Made by a program: the position numbers and the translations under genes. This document shows, one piece after another, positions 36,229 through 45,550 of a stretch of 64,000 nt of DNA. The stretch comes from a virus. The stretch is taken from the IMG/VR virus record IMGVR_UViG_3300038443_001768; one strand, written 5' to 3'. The first letter of the stretch is position 1. Every line of letters begins with the position of its first letter. The notes beneath the pieces were generated by a model, which was given only the letters and a program-made list of their open reading frames with translations, did not search any database and had not been told where the DNA came from.

Positions 36229-36546
36229 ATTCAATGCAGCGTTCGACGCACTTGACTCGCGTCGCCTCGGCCTGGTAGGTTGCACACGGCATGCGCTCGG
36301 GCCGACCCGCCCCGGCGTGTGGACCAACAGCGGGGCCTGAGGGGCGCCCAGCACAGGGGCGCCTCTCGGGTTCCCGAGGCCGGGCAATGCGAAGGCTCTA
36401 CCGAGACATTCTCCGCCGTCGATCCGCCACCAGGCGCGAACCCGACATGGCCGCCTATGAGGCCTTACGGAGAGCCGCATACGATGCGTTCCGTGCCCGC
36501 CAGAGCGGTCTCCACGTGGGTCGGCCGCTCCACCATCGCAGACCTC

Positions 36547-36873
36547 GTGATCTCTCGTAGCGAGCTATCCGCCGCCGCACGTCGCAACGACGCGCTCGTC
36601 GCGGCCGGCGTCCCCATTGATCGCCTGTTAGCGGACCTGAACATGGAACCGCGCTCCTTGATCAGCGTTGCTGAGCAAAGAGCCCTGCGGATCGCACTCC
36701 TTCACGACGGCTGGACAGAGACCGAGTTGGACGTCATGGGAAGCATGCTGCGTCCGCAGCGCGTCCGCCTCGAAGAGGCCACGAGGTTCTGGATGCCTAC
36801 CTTCTGCGCACTCGTCATCGACGGCGCTGCGCTTGTCCGTCGGGCTGAGCAGACTTACTCATCCCGCGCCTGA
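36547..36873 (+). CDS. Hypothetical protein
   Basis: SVAEQRALR motif; 3' part of track ORF. Confidence 0.65.
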   Translation: MISRSELSAAARRNDALVAAGVPIDRLLADLNMEPRSLISVAEQRALRIALLHDGWTETELDVMGSMLRPQRVRLEEATRFWMPTFCALVIDGAALVRRAEQTYSSRA

Positions 36874-37017
36874 GAGCGCTATTTGCGTGCCTCTGTGAGG
36901 CCTAAGCTGGCGCGCCAGCGCTCCTCTATGAGTAGGTTTGGTGGCCGCCTAGGCCGCCGTAAAGCCCTTATTTGCAGCCATTTCCTGCCCGAATGGGTAG
37001 GTTCGGTGGCGAAGCGT

Positions 37018-37045
37018 TTGACATCCCCAGTTTTGGGGGTATATT
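37018..37045 (+). promoter_or_regulatory. Sigma70-type promoter with inverted repeat in spacer
   Basis: TTGACA-N16-TATATT; ATCCCC...GGGGGT. Confidence 0.75.
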
Positions 37046-37050
37046 TGTCC

Positions 37051-37263
37051 ACACCGAACGACCCACGAGGGAAGCCAAAGAGGGCGGAAATCGAGGGAAC
37101 GAAGAGGTCACGGACCTAAGTCTCAACCGCGAGCAGTCCGCCCGAAATCCAAGGGAGGCGCACACCGAGAGGTGTCGTTCGGGCAGACTGCTCGCTTTTC
37201 TGTGAGGGAACGGCGAAGCAGGAAACCATATCGCATCCAAAGAGAGAAGGAGGTTTCCTCACA
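37051..37263 (+). promoter_or_regulatory. Structured 5' leader (attenuator/switch-like)
   Basis: Stem 37129-37146/37178-37195 plus TTTT; competing 37054-37062/37174-37182; stem 37201-37211/37253-37263 abutting the SD and start. Confidence 0.6.
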
Positions 37264-38579
37264 TGTCCACGCAGAGTGCAACCGAGACCACCAAGGGGCA
37301 GGTCGTGCTCGTCGCCATGGAGAGCGGCAACATCGACACGACGTGCTACCGAGGGTCGGCACCGCTGTCGGCGCTGTCGGCGATCTCACAGGCCGACGTG
37401 TTCGACCAGGTCGCCAACCCCGGCGGCCTTCAGCGCGACCTGTCGCCGAAGCACGCCAGCGACGCCTACAACTACGCCAACCGCGAGCCGAACCCGGAGT
37501 TCCCGCGCGCGTTCCCCGAGGTGATGCTCAACGTGCGAGACGAGGACGTCGTGTCCGTCGAGGCCATCAACACGGGCCGCCAGCGCCAGATCAAGGTCAT
37601 CAAGTTCGCCTTCGATCTGAGTGCCATCGACGACGCCATCAAGGAGGGCCGGATCGCCGTGTCCCGCATGGACGGCAACCACCGGCTCTGGTTCGGCAAC
37701 GGCGATGACAAGAACCGCGCCCCGGTCGACACGGTGGTGCCGTTCCAGATCCACGTCGGCCTGACGCCGGAGCAGGAGGCCAACCTCTTCACCGACGTGA
37801 ACGCCAACCAGAAGGGGCTCAACTCCTCCCACCTCCACGTCCTGCGCTCGCGCCTGACGCCGGAGGAGCAGGAGCTTCGCGACCACCCGGAGCGCGTGTT
37901 CGCGCTGCGCCTCTCCGAGGACACGGAGTCGCCGTGGCACGACCTCGTCCACATGGGCGGCTCGAAGCAGGGCTCGCGTGCGGCCGGGCAGGAACGGCCG
38001 GTGTCGTTCGTGACGCTGGAGCAGGGGATCAAGCGGATGCTCAACAAGTCCGTCTACATCCACGACCTGCCCAACCCGAACGCGCAGTACGTGCTGATCC
38101 GGAACTTCTGGAACGCCGTCCGCGCGGAGTTCGAAGACCAGTGGCAGAACCACAAGGAGTTCCTGCTGCTGAAGAACCTCGGTGTGCTGTCGCTGTCCAT
38201 CTTCGGCGGCACGGTCATCGACCGCTCGATGGCGCGCGGCGAGGTCACCGCCGAGGCCATGCGGGGCTACATCACGCAGGCCAAGGACGTCTTCGACTGG
38301 CACAAGGACGCCAAGGGCGAGCGTTCCCTGGTCGGTATGTCCGGCAACCGGGCCGCGCTGATCGTCTCGGGCGAACTCGCGAAGGACCTCGTGGACCCGG
38401 GCGAGTCGGCCATCGTGCAGTCGCTCCAGGAGCGTCTGCTCGCCGAGGCCGGCACGATCCCCGACGAGATGCCCGCCGAGTGGGAGCGCCGCCCCGACGT
38501 GGCCGACCTGGTCGCCGCCGGGGTCCGGGCCTCGGTCGGCGGGCTTGAGGACGACGGTCAGGAGCCTGACCAGTCGTAG
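37263..38579 (+). CDS. DGQHR-domain (DndB-like, ParB/Srx fold) protein
   Basis: LQRDLS..HA; SRMDGNHRL; EQEANLFTDVNANQKGL; AAGGAGG RBS. Confidence 0.88.
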   Translation: MSTQSATETTKGQVVLVAMESGNIDTTCYRGSAPLSALSAISQADVFDQVANPGGLQRDLSPKHASDAYNYANREPNPEFPRAFPEVMLNVRDEDVVSVEAINTGRQRQIKVIKFAFDLSAIDDAIKEGRIAVSRMDGNHRLWFGNGDDKNRAPVDTVVPFQIHVGLTPEQEANLFTDVNANQKGLNSSHLHVLRSRLTPEEQELRDHPERVFALRLSEDTESPWHDLVHMGGSKQGSRAAGQERPVSFVTLEQGIKRMLNKSVYIHDLPNPNAQYVLIRNFWNAVRAEFEDQWQNHKEFLLLKNLGVLSLSIFGGTVIDRSMARGEVTAEAMRGYITQAKDVFDWHKDAKGERSLVGMSGNRAALIVSGELAKDLVDPGESAIVQSLQERLLAEAGTIPDEMPAEWERRPDVADLVAAGVRASVGGLEDDGQEPDQS

Positions 38580-38620
38580 TCCGAGGGCGAACATTTGCGG
38601 GTTTTCCCCGCAAAACGCGA

Positions 38621-38649
38621 GAAAGGGCGGCCTTGAAAGCCGCCCTTTC
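38621..38649 (+). terminator. Rho-independent terminator (possibly bidirectional)
   Basis: GAAAGGGCGGC-CTTGAAA-GCCGCCCTTTC. Confidence 0.8.
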
Positions 38650-39090
38650 AGTGTGTAGGGTCCAAGACCCCCCACACATCCCACGGAAAGGGACCAGTTG
38701 TACACCAAGACCCATGATGCGCACCTGTTGGGCCTCACGGCCCTGGAGGAGCGCTCCATCATGATGGCCGCGTTGCTGGCCTACGAGGGCCGCCACGATG
38801 AGGCAGAGGCAACGCGATGGGCAGCCAACTACCACGGCATCAGCGACACCGAAGACGCCAGGTAGTCGGAGGGGCAGGGAAGATGCTGCGTGTCCGCTCA
38901 GTCTGACTGAGCGGACACAAGGCCTCACCAAAGGGGTAGGTCTTGATAATCACCATCATCTACCGTCGGCGCGACGTCTTCATGATGGAGACCGGAGATA
39001 TCGACGATCCCGCCGAGACCGTGGCGCATCTCGTCGCGCTCGGCGCGCAAGACATCGAGGCGCTGCCTCAGCGCGCGCCAACGACGCGAC

Positions 39091-39119
39091 TTGACACCGT
39101 GCCCGCGATGTCATAGAGT
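39091..39119 (+). promoter_or_regulatory. Sigma70-type promoter
   Basis: TTGACA-N17-TAGAGT. Confidence 0.8.
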
Positions 39120-39161
39120 GCTTGTTGTCAGTCGTTCCCCACACCAAAGGAGGTCCAGACC

Positions 39162-39806
39162 ATGAGCCCCACATTCCCGACGCACTCGCACTTCGAGGAC
39201 CCCGGCGCGCAGGACTCGAAGGCCGCGTCGAAGTCTCAGACTCGCGCGCTCTTCTTCGCCTCGGGTCTTGACGTCCGGCCGCTGAGCCTGACCTACGCCG
39301 AGGCCTCCAGCTACCTCGACCGCCTCAAGGACGCCGCGCTCGCCGAGGCCGCGATCGACGAACTCCAGGCACGCGGAGCGACCGGCGCTCCGAAGCTGCC
39401 CAAGGCGGTCCGCGATGCTCGCCATGGGGCGCTGTGGAGGCGGGCGTGGGCGGCGGGCGTCGCGGCCGCTGAAGCCCACACCCCGACGCCGATGACAGTG
39501 GTTGAGCGCGCGAACCCGCTCGCCGACATCATGGGCGGTGATCCCGGTCCCGTGGTGCGGCAGTACGAGCCGGTCGCCGACGGCGTTTGTGGCTTCGCCT
39601 GGGTCACCATCCATCCGGGCAACTCATCGTTCGCGCGCTGGCTGACCAAGCAGGATCTCGCGCGGCCCCACTACAGGGGCGGCGTCCAAGTCTGGATCAG
39701 CGCCTACAACCAGTCCTACGAGCGCAAGTCTGTTCACGCGCAAGCGATGGCAGAGGCGCTGCGCGAGGAAGGCGTTCAGGCCTACTCGGGCGGAAGGCTC
39801 GACTGA
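39162..39806 (+). CDS. Conserved phage protein (CGFAWV family)
   Basis: GVCGFAWV...YNQSYERK..HA.AMA..L...G...RLD. Confidence 0.85.
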   Translation: MSPTFPTHSHFEDPGAQDSKAASKSQTRALFFASGLDVRPLSLTYAEASSYLDRLKDAALAEAAIDELQARGATGAPKLPKAVRDARHGALWRRAWAAGVAAAEAHTPTPMTVVERANPLADIMGGDPGPVVRQYEPVADGVCGFAWVTIHPGNSSFARWLTKQDLARPHYRGGVQVWISAYNQSYERKSVHAQAMAEALREEGVQAYSGGRLD

Positions 39807-40216
39807 TGAGCAACACCGTCCGGCTCACCAGCACTCACGGTGAGGTCCGCTACGGCAAGAGCCTGTCCACGGACTTTCAGCGTGTCGCCGACAGCACCGG
39901 CGAGGCGTGGCTCGCCGAGGACATCGACTGGTCTGACCGCGACGACTACCCGCGCTGGTTTGTCCCTCGCGGGGAGCGCGCACCGCAGGACGGCCCCTGC
40001 TGGGTGGGCAGTGTCCTCATGACACATGACGGACGCGTTCGACGCGACGTGGGCTACTCCGAGGCGCAGATCGCCGCCATCGTGGAGGCTGGGGCCGTGG
40101 CGTTCAGTGCTGTCGAAGCTCAGCGCTACGACGATGACGTGATGCGCCCGCTCTACATCGATTGGAGCGCGGCGTCGAATTCGGACCGGAAAGGAACTCT
40201 GAGTTGTTCTCCCTGA
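39806..40216 (+). CDS. Hypothetical protein
   Basis: TGATG overlap. Confidence 0.65.
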   Translation: MSNTVRLTSTHGEVRYGKSLSTDFQRVADSTGEAWLAEDIDWSDRDDYPRWFVPRGERAPQDGPCWVGSVLMTHDGRVRRDVGYSEAQIAAIVEAGAVAFSAVEAQRYDDDVMRPLYIDWSAASNSDRKGTLSCSP

Positions 40217-40392
40217 CCATCCAACTCGGTAACGAAGCGATGCGAACGCCGAGAGATGTCGCTCGGTCCCTGTACCGGCTCGCTGACCATCTCAACGACG
40301 GTGGCGACTCGGATGGCTACGTACGCGACGACAACGGCAACACCGTAGGTCGCTGGACCGCCGAATGGCCGATCGTGGGAGACGATGAGTGA
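40204..40392 (+). CDS. Conserved small phage protein
   Basis: GNEAM...VRDDNGNTVGRW. Confidence 0.75.
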   Translation: MFSLTIQLGNEAMRTPRDVARSLYRLADHLNDGGDSDGYVRDDNGNTVGRWTAEWPIVGDDE

Positions 40393-40688
40393 TGCCATTC
40401 ACGCTTGCTGATCCGCCGCCGATTGAGCAACTCGATCACATCATCGTCGCCGCTCACCGCTCGGTCGTCTACAGTCGGTTCGATCCCGAGCGGGCGTGGA
40501 TTCTCTTGACCTACATCAACGGAACAGGGTGGGCCATGTGGGGCTCTGAGCCCAACGAACAGGTTGCACGCAAGACCGCGTTCGAGCGCACCCGGCGGAC
40601 AGGGTATCGCTACGCCGTGATCGCCTACTCGGATCTCGCTGAGCGCGACCAAGCACTACTGGCCTCGGCCCGAAAGAACGCACGATGA
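40389..40688 (+). CDS. Hypothetical protein
   Basis: Coupled ORF. Confidence 0.65.
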   Translation: MMPFTLADPPPIEQLDHIIVAAHRSVVYSRFDPERAWILLTYINGTGWAMWGSEPNEQVARKTAFERTRRTGYRYAVIAYSDLAERDQALLASARKNAR

Positions 40689-40909
40689 GATACAAGGCAC
40701 GACTCCTCTACGCGGATGGCGTGTCGACGATGGTGACGATCGACATCCACGATGACGTCTCCTCGCCCGAGGCGGCGCGCGCGGCAGCCGAAAAGTATGC
40801 CTTCGACGAAGGCGCACAAGTCGACGACGTCTTCATCGACGGCGCGACGATACTGGTGTCGCCGTGTCTGGAAGTCTTCTACGACGGACTCGAAAGGGGC
40901 ACCCTGTGA
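40685..40909 (+). CDS. Hypothetical protein (tandem paralog 1)
   Basis: MRYKARLLY.D...IDI. Confidence 0.7.
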   Translation: MRYKARLLYADGVSTMVTIDIHDDVSSPEAARAAAEKYAFDEGAQVDDVFIDGATILVSPCLEVFYDGLERGTL

Positions 40910-41145
40910 GATACATGGCCAAGCTCGTCTTCGACGACAATACCGACATCGACGTCGCGATCGACATCGACACCAACGAGGTCGACAACCCGCGCATGCT
41001 GGCCCAGTACGCGGTCGGGGCCTACGCTGAGCGTCTCAACGCCCGCATCGATCGCGTCTGGCGCGACGAGGCCCACCTCTTCGTCTCCAACGGCGCGTGG
41101 TATGAGCGCGACGTCGAGGGCTACGTCGAGAGGGGCGCGATGTGA
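40906..41145 (+). CDS. Hypothetical protein (tandem paralog 2)
   Basis: MRYMAKLVFDD...IDI. Confidence 0.7.
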   Translation: MRYMAKLVFDDNTDIDVAIDIDTNEVDNPRMLAQYAVGAYAERLNARIDRVWRDEAHLFVSNGAWYERDVEGYVERGAM

Positions 41146-41381
41146 CTGTGTCGGCTCCGCCATCGTCGTACCAGGCCGGGGTCTCGGTCAGCGGCCAGAA
41201 GGTCCACGCCGTGGCGCCCGGCACCGTGGTCCGCAACCCCTTGACGTTCGCGCGCGAGGCGCGCTCCCTCTGCGGCGAGGACGTCGTCGCGGTGCCACGC
41301 GAGCACTTCGACCCCGATAACGAGGCCGCCTGCTGGCGATGCGTCAGCAGCGTTCGCCTGCTTCGTGGTCCAGGCGCCTAA
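41142..41381 (+). CDS. Small Zn-binding protein
   Basis: VHA...SLCG...CWRC. Confidence 0.7.
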   Translation: MTVSAPPSSYQAGVSVSGQKVHAVAPGTVVRNPLTFAREARSLCGEDVVAVPREHFDPDNEAACWRCVSSVRLLRGPGA

Positions 41382-41404
41382 CCGCTCAACGAAAGGAACC
41401 AATC

Positions 41405-41605
41405 ATGAGCTTCAAAGTCGAGGTGATCGCAGACAGTTCCGGCAAGTGGTACAGCAACGCCGTTCGCTTCGCCACAGCCCCGGAGGCAGAGGCTGCGGGT
41501 CACGATCTTGCCGGCCGCTGGGCACTGGTTCAGGAGTGGCGCGTCGCTGAGTCCGACGAGCCCGTCAACTACATCTGGCGGGCCGGCCAGGCGGTGCCGG
41601 TCTAA
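41405..41605 (+). CDS. Conserved small phage protein
   Basis: MSFKVEVIAD.SGKW..NA.RFAT..EAE...RW..V..WRV.ESDEPVNY. Confidence 0.8.
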   Translation: MSFKVEVIADSSGKWYSNAVRFATAPEAEAAGHDLAGRWALVQEWRVAESDEPVNYIWRAGQAVPV

Positions 41606-41826
41606 TGTTCTGGGCGAAAACGCTCCGAGGCCGCGCGTGGGCTGACTCGGTTCCCGCGCGCACCGAGACGTCGGCCCCGGTGGGGACGGCCCCGGCGCGT
41701 GTCCTGATCGGCATCCAAGACGACGGCCACACCGTAACCGGTGTCATGGACGTCGACGAAGCAGTCGACCTCTATCGAGGTCTCGGCATCGCGATCCGTG
41801 ACGCGGGCGGTGAGGTGCCGAAATGA
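41605..41826 (+). CDS. Hypothetical protein
   Basis: TAATG overlap. Confidence 0.6.
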   Translation: MFWAKTLRGRAWADSVPARTETSAPVGTAPARVLIGIQDDGHTVTGVMDVDEAVDLYRGLGIAIRDAGGEVPK

Positions 41827-42092
41827 GAGAGATTCGTTACGAAACCACATCCAACGACCGGACGCTGAAGATCAAGCGGATCAAGGTATGCAAGACCGGC
41901 GCTCGCTACGACGACATCGTTGACGAGCTTGAGATCGAAGAAGAACGCGACGGCTCGTTCAGCGTCTACATGGATCACTCAGACGGCGACCCTGACGACA
42001 ACAGATGGGCCGACATCACCATTCGTAGAGAGGACGCACTCATGCTGTTTGAGTGGCTCGCTACCAAGGAAGGAGGAGCGCGCAGCGCATGA
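41823..42092 (+). CDS. Hypothetical protein
   Basis: ATGA overlap. Confidence 0.7.
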   Translation: MREIRYETTSNDRTLKIKRIKVCKTGARYDDIVDELEIEEERDGSFSVYMDHSDGDPDDNRWADITIRREDALMLFEWLATKEGGARSA

Positions 42093-42433
42093 CCGTGCAC
42101 CACTTCACGTTTCAGCGCATCGTGCATGGAGACGACGTCGTCGAGATCGGCAAGGTGCTCGATCGCCTCACCCAAGAGGGCCGAGAGGTCGTGTCAGCAT
42201 CGCACTCCGTGTACACGATCACCACCTTCAATCAGACCTATACGTATGTGGATGTCGTCGTAGTTACGCGCGAGGCCGAGACCACGTATGAATCAAGGAC
42301 TACGTATGAGCGAGACCTCATCAGCCGCATGGAGGACTGGCTCGGCGTCCACGAAGGCTACATCGACGAGCACGAGGACGAGTACCGCGCCCTCCAGCGA
42401 GAGGTGCGCGTTTACCTGAGAGGAAACCAATGA
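42089..42433 (+). CDS. Hypothetical protein
   Basis: ATGA overlap. Confidence 0.7.
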   Translation: MTVHHFTFQRIVHGDDVVEIGKVLDRLTQEGREVVSASHSVYTITTFNQTYTYVDVVVVTREAETTYESRTTYERDLISRMEDWLGVHEGYIDEHEDEYRALQREVRVYLRGNQ

Positions 42434-42741
42434 CCCGCGCCATCACACCCAGCGAGGCCGCTGACCAGGCAGCGGCGGCACCGAACATTCCGGATCAGGT
42501 CTTCGAGGTCTTCAACGAGTTGATCGTCAAGAACCTAAGAGACGGCGAGGCGCACGTCCTTCTGGACGATGCCGTGACCGCAATCTCAGGCGCGCTAACC
42601 GTGGAACGGCAAGACGTCCTCGACAACCACTGGCTTGACGTCGAAGACGCCTACCGCGTCCAGGGCTGGGTCGTCGATTACGACAAGCCCGGCTACAACG
42701 AAACCTATTCAGCGTTCTTCACCTTCAGGAGACCTCGATGA
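42430..42741 (+). CDS. Conserved phage protein
   Basis: IPDQVFEVFNELI...WLDVE..YR..GW.V.YDKPGYNETY. Confidence 0.8.
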   Translation: MTRAITPSEAADQAAAAPNIPDQVFEVFNELIVKNLRDGEAHVLLDDAVTAISGALTVERQDVLDNHWLDVEDAYRVQGWVVDYDKPGYNETYSAFFTFRRPR

Positions 42742-42980
42742 CCGACATGATCCATGCCGACGTGGTCGCCCAGCGCGAGCTATCCCTGCGGCGGCATCTC
42801 AAGACCATCAACCCGACCTGGCCGACCTACTATGTCGGCGTCGCCGAAGAGGCTATCGCGGCCGTCGAGGCTGGCGAGGACGACTTCAAGATCACCATGC
42901 CGGGCGGACGAACCGTGACGGCCGAGAACGTGATCTCTGCGTTTTCGCTGAGTGGGTTCATCGAGGTCGCCAATGACTGA
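42738..42980 (+). CDS. Hypothetical protein
   Basis: ATGA overlap. Confidence 0.7.
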   Translation: MTDMIHADVVAQRELSLRRHLKTINPTWPTYYVGVAEEAIAAVEAGEDDFKITMPGGRTVTAENVISAFSLSGFIEVAND

Positions 42981-43176
42981 CACCCCGTCGATCGAGGCGC
43001 GGTCCAGGCGAGACGTCACGTACACGCTGACACCGACGGGTGACCGAGAGATCGACACGCTACGGCTTTGCGTGCTGGCCCTCAACAACCTTGACGACCC
43101 AGCGACTGTTCGCGTTGTCCGGTACCTGTACGAGCGGTATCCAATCGTTCCCGCTGCCCCAGAAAGGAAAACATGA
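42973..43176 (+). CDS. Hypothetical protein
   Basis: RVVRYLYERY. Confidence 0.65.
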   Translation: MTDTPSIEARSRRDVTYTLTPTGDREIDTLRLCVLALNNLDDPATVRVVRYLYERYPIVPAAPERKT

Positions 43177-43177
43177 A

Positions 43178-43387
43178 GTGAGCACGCCAGACCCATATCG
43201 CGCCTATAAGATCGGCTCAGCAACAGCCGCGCTCAACGTAGCGTCGGAAGCGCTGGGAACGGCCTTCATGAGCCTCCTGTCACTTGAGGGCTACGACTCC
43301 GCTGTCGTGGTCGCCGTGCGCGAAGCCCAGGACGCGGTTCGGCGAGCACAAGGAATTACCCTTGACTGGCACGAGAAGGACGACTGA
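43178..43387 (+). CDS. Hypothetical protein
   Basis: AAAGGA RBS. Confidence 0.6.
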   Translation: MSTPDPYRAYKIGSATAALNVASEALGTAFMSLLSLEGYDSAVVVAVREAQDAVRRAQGITLDWHEKDD

Positions 43388-43687
43388 ATGAGCGCGCCGC
43401 TGAAGTTTCCGCTCACGCTCTACGTGTGCCCGGCCTGTGAGACGGTCGACCAGGACCAGGACTACACAGGCGGGCACGACTTCAACACGCACCCTGAGTG
43501 CCACCGCAACCAACGCGTCCCTGTCCGCGTCATCGCCTTCGATACCGCTGTGTGGGTGCTGACGACAGCACTCGTCGGCGCTGGCATGCCGCGTCAGCGC
43601 GCAGAGGTCACGGCGATCGAGCTACTCAACGACGCTGAGCGCATCGCCGACGTCACCGCTCAGCCATATCGAGAGGAGGAGCTATGA
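43388..43687 (+). CDS. Hypothetical protein
   Basis: LYVCPAC. Confidence 0.65.
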   Translation: MSAPLKFPLTLYVCPACETVDQDQDYTGGHDFNTHPECHRNQRVPVRVIAFDTAVWVLTTALVGAGMPRQRAEVTAIELLNDAERIADVTAQPYREEEL

Positions 43688-44208
43688 AGGTCTACGCAGC
43701 TTATGTCTACAACGGAGCGAGCCCGCCGCACTTCGTGGGCGTGTACTCAACATATGCGAAGGCCTTGCTTGCGTCGAGCCCACGCATCGACGACATGGTC
43801 AAAGAGTTCGAGATCGAGCCCGACGACCGCTCATTCCCAGCGATCTCTGGGACCATCACGGCGTGCGAGAACTGCAACGTCGTCCTCGCCCGTGACGGCG
43901 AGGTCGTCGGTCGACATCCGGGCACCGTGTGTTCGCACCTGCGCGGCGGGACCTACGTCAATCTCAACTCTGTCGTCGACGCCGTCATGGACGCGCAGGC
44001 GGAGTTGCAGACCCCGTTGGGGTTCTACCGCATGTATAACCCCAACTACAAGCACGCGTTGCCAATCGAGTATGACGAGGAGATCGAAGACCGGCTGGCG
44101 AAAGCACTTGCACAACTACACGCGCTGCTCGTCGCCCTGGGCACGCCGATGTATCAACCCGCCACCCACGAAGAGGTCGAGTCGATCGACCTGAAGCCAA
44201 ATCCGTGA
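43684..44208 (+). CDS. Hypothetical protein
   Basis: MKVY...FVGVYST; GGAGGAG RBS. Confidence 0.7.
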   Translation: MKVYAAYVYNGASPPHFVGVYSTYAKALLASSPRIDDMVKEFEIEPDDRSFPAISGTITACENCNVVLARDGEVVGRHPGTVCSHLRGGTYVNLNSVVDAVMDAQAELQTPLGFYRMYNPNYKHALPIEYDEEIEDRLAKALAQLHALLVALGTPMYQPATHEEVESIDLKPNP

Positions 44209-44411
44209 AGGTCTACGTGGCCTTTCATAGAGGCGAATTCTTCGGCCACGACGTGCCGCCCGGACCGAGTTCGTTCGTCGGCGTCTACGCAACGCGCGAG
44301 GAGGCGCTACGTCACTGCTGGCCTGAAGGCGACTCGCAATTTGTCGAAGAGCGCGAACTTGAGGCTGCTCGCGAGGAAGAGCCGTCGTTCCCGCAATGGA
44401 ACTTCCCTTGA
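44205..44411 (+). CDS. Hypothetical protein (paralogous N-terminus to 43684)
   Basis: MKVY...FVGVYATREEA. Confidence 0.7.
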   Translation: MKVYVAFHRGEFFGHDVPPGPSSFVGVYATREEALRHCWPEGDSQFVEERELEAAREEEPSFPQWNFP

Positions 44412-44436
44412 CATCAGCCCGCAACTAGGCTAGGGT
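44408..44436 (+). promoter_or_regulatory. Sigma70-type promoter (leaderless)
   Basis: TTGACA-N17-TAGGGT-N7-ATG. Confidence 0.8.
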
Positions 44437-44443
44437 CATCGCC

Positions 44444-44656
44444 ATGACGCCGGAGCGCGCCTTCCATCTGTTCGGAGACGTGCTCTCGAATCGTGACATC
44501 AGGATCTTCTCGCGCAGCGATCTCGCCCACGGGCGCGTGTGGTTCGTCCACGCCACCGTCGGCGATGAGACGCGCGAGGTGTTCCAGACCAACGATCCCA
44601 GCTTGGCGGCGCGTTGGCGCGAAACCTACACCCGACTGGAAAGGAACGCTCAGTGA
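44444..44656 (+). CDS. Hypothetical protein
   Basis: Leaderless start. Confidence 0.7.
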   Translation: MTPERAFHLFGDVLSNRDIRIFSRSDLAHGRVWFVHATVGDETREVFQTNDPSLAARWRETYTRLERNAQ

Positions 44657-44997
44657 AGAAGAGAATCTTCAAATACTCTCTTGAGGTCGAGCCGCGCCAG
44701 ATGCTTCATCTTCCGGCAGGGGCAGAGCTTCTCTCGGTGATCGCCGACGCCCTCGGGCCGAAGCTGTACGCGCTCGTAGACCCAGAGGCGCCGGCCGAGC
44801 CGCGCATCCTACGCACCGTCGTTGCCGGCGAGGTCGTCGAAGGGGACGCGCTCGACGCCTACATCGGGACCTACGTGGTCGGTGAGGGGCGCTTTGTCGG
44901 CCATCTGTTCGAGCAGGCGACTGGCGTCGGCGACGAACGCGATCGACGTTGGGACGCCGACATGGCCGACCTGCGACGCGAGTTGGTGGCCTCGTGA
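44653..44997 (+). CDS. DUF7352-like phage protein
   Basis: KRIFKYSL...LPAGAELLSV...LYALVDP...YIGT...FVGHLFE. Confidence 0.8.
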   Translation: MKKRIFKYSLEVEPRQMLHLPAGAELLSVIADALGPKLYALVDPEAPAEPRILRTVVAGEVVEGDALDAYIGTYVVGEGRFVGHLFEQATGVGDERDRRWDADMADLRRELVAS

Positions 44998-45377
44998 GCG
45001 GGCTCCCGCTCCGGCAACAAACTGTCCGCGACGATGACAGCGCCTATCCCGGCGGCGTGACGTTCCGGCCGTTCACGGCCGTCGCCGCTGAGGGTGCCCG
45101 GATCGCGCTGTTCACCTGTGATGCGTGCGGCGCGACCGTCATGCTCGACCCGCGCGAGGAAGACGGCAATCCGCTCGAAACGCATGCCGAGTGGCATGCC
45201 GCTTTCACGACACAGCGCCTGTTCAAGCGGTGCGCGTACTGCGGGCTCACGCGGCTCTGCGAGTGGCGCGGTCGCGGCCGATGGATCTGCGACGGCTGCT
45301 GGGACGAGACAACCGACGGCTGCTGGGACGAGACAACCGGCGGCGGCGATGCGACAGACGCTCCGGCCGAGAAGTGA
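44994..45377 (+). CDS. Zn-finger hypothetical protein
   Basis: CDACG...HAEWH...CAYC...CDGC. Confidence 0.7.
   Translation: MSGLPLRQQTVRDDDSAYPGGVTFRPFTAVAAEGARIALFTCDACGATVMLDPREEDGNPLETHAEWHAAFTTQRLFKRCAYCGLTRLCEWRGRGRWICDGCWDETTDGCWDETTGGGDATDAPAEK
45291..45338 (+). repeat. 24-bp tandem duplication (DGCWDETT x2)
   Basis: GACGGCTGCTGGGACGAGACAACC twice. Confidence 0.95.
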
Positions 45378-45550
45378 ACGCCTGATGATCTGGGTCGCCG
45401 TAACGGCGCTGGCGTGCCACAACGCCTATCTACTTAGGAAGATTCACCAATCAAATCTACGGATCGACACAGCCTGGGACGCATGGCGATCCGACATCCC
45501 GTTGATCAGGCAGCGTGTCGCACGCCTGATCGGTAAGGAGATCTAAGTCT

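Noticed and set aside
37263-38579. Complete phosphorothioation (dnd) system
   Set aside because: No dndA/C/D/E or PAPS-reductase-like genes in the window
37386-38762. 458-aa minus-strand ORF (and similar long antisense or alternate-frame ORFs in the track, e.g. 22625-23488, 49838-50509, 109-2654 plus strand)
   Set aside because: Shadow ORFs of real high-GC3 genes on the opposite strand; no RBS or recognisable motifs
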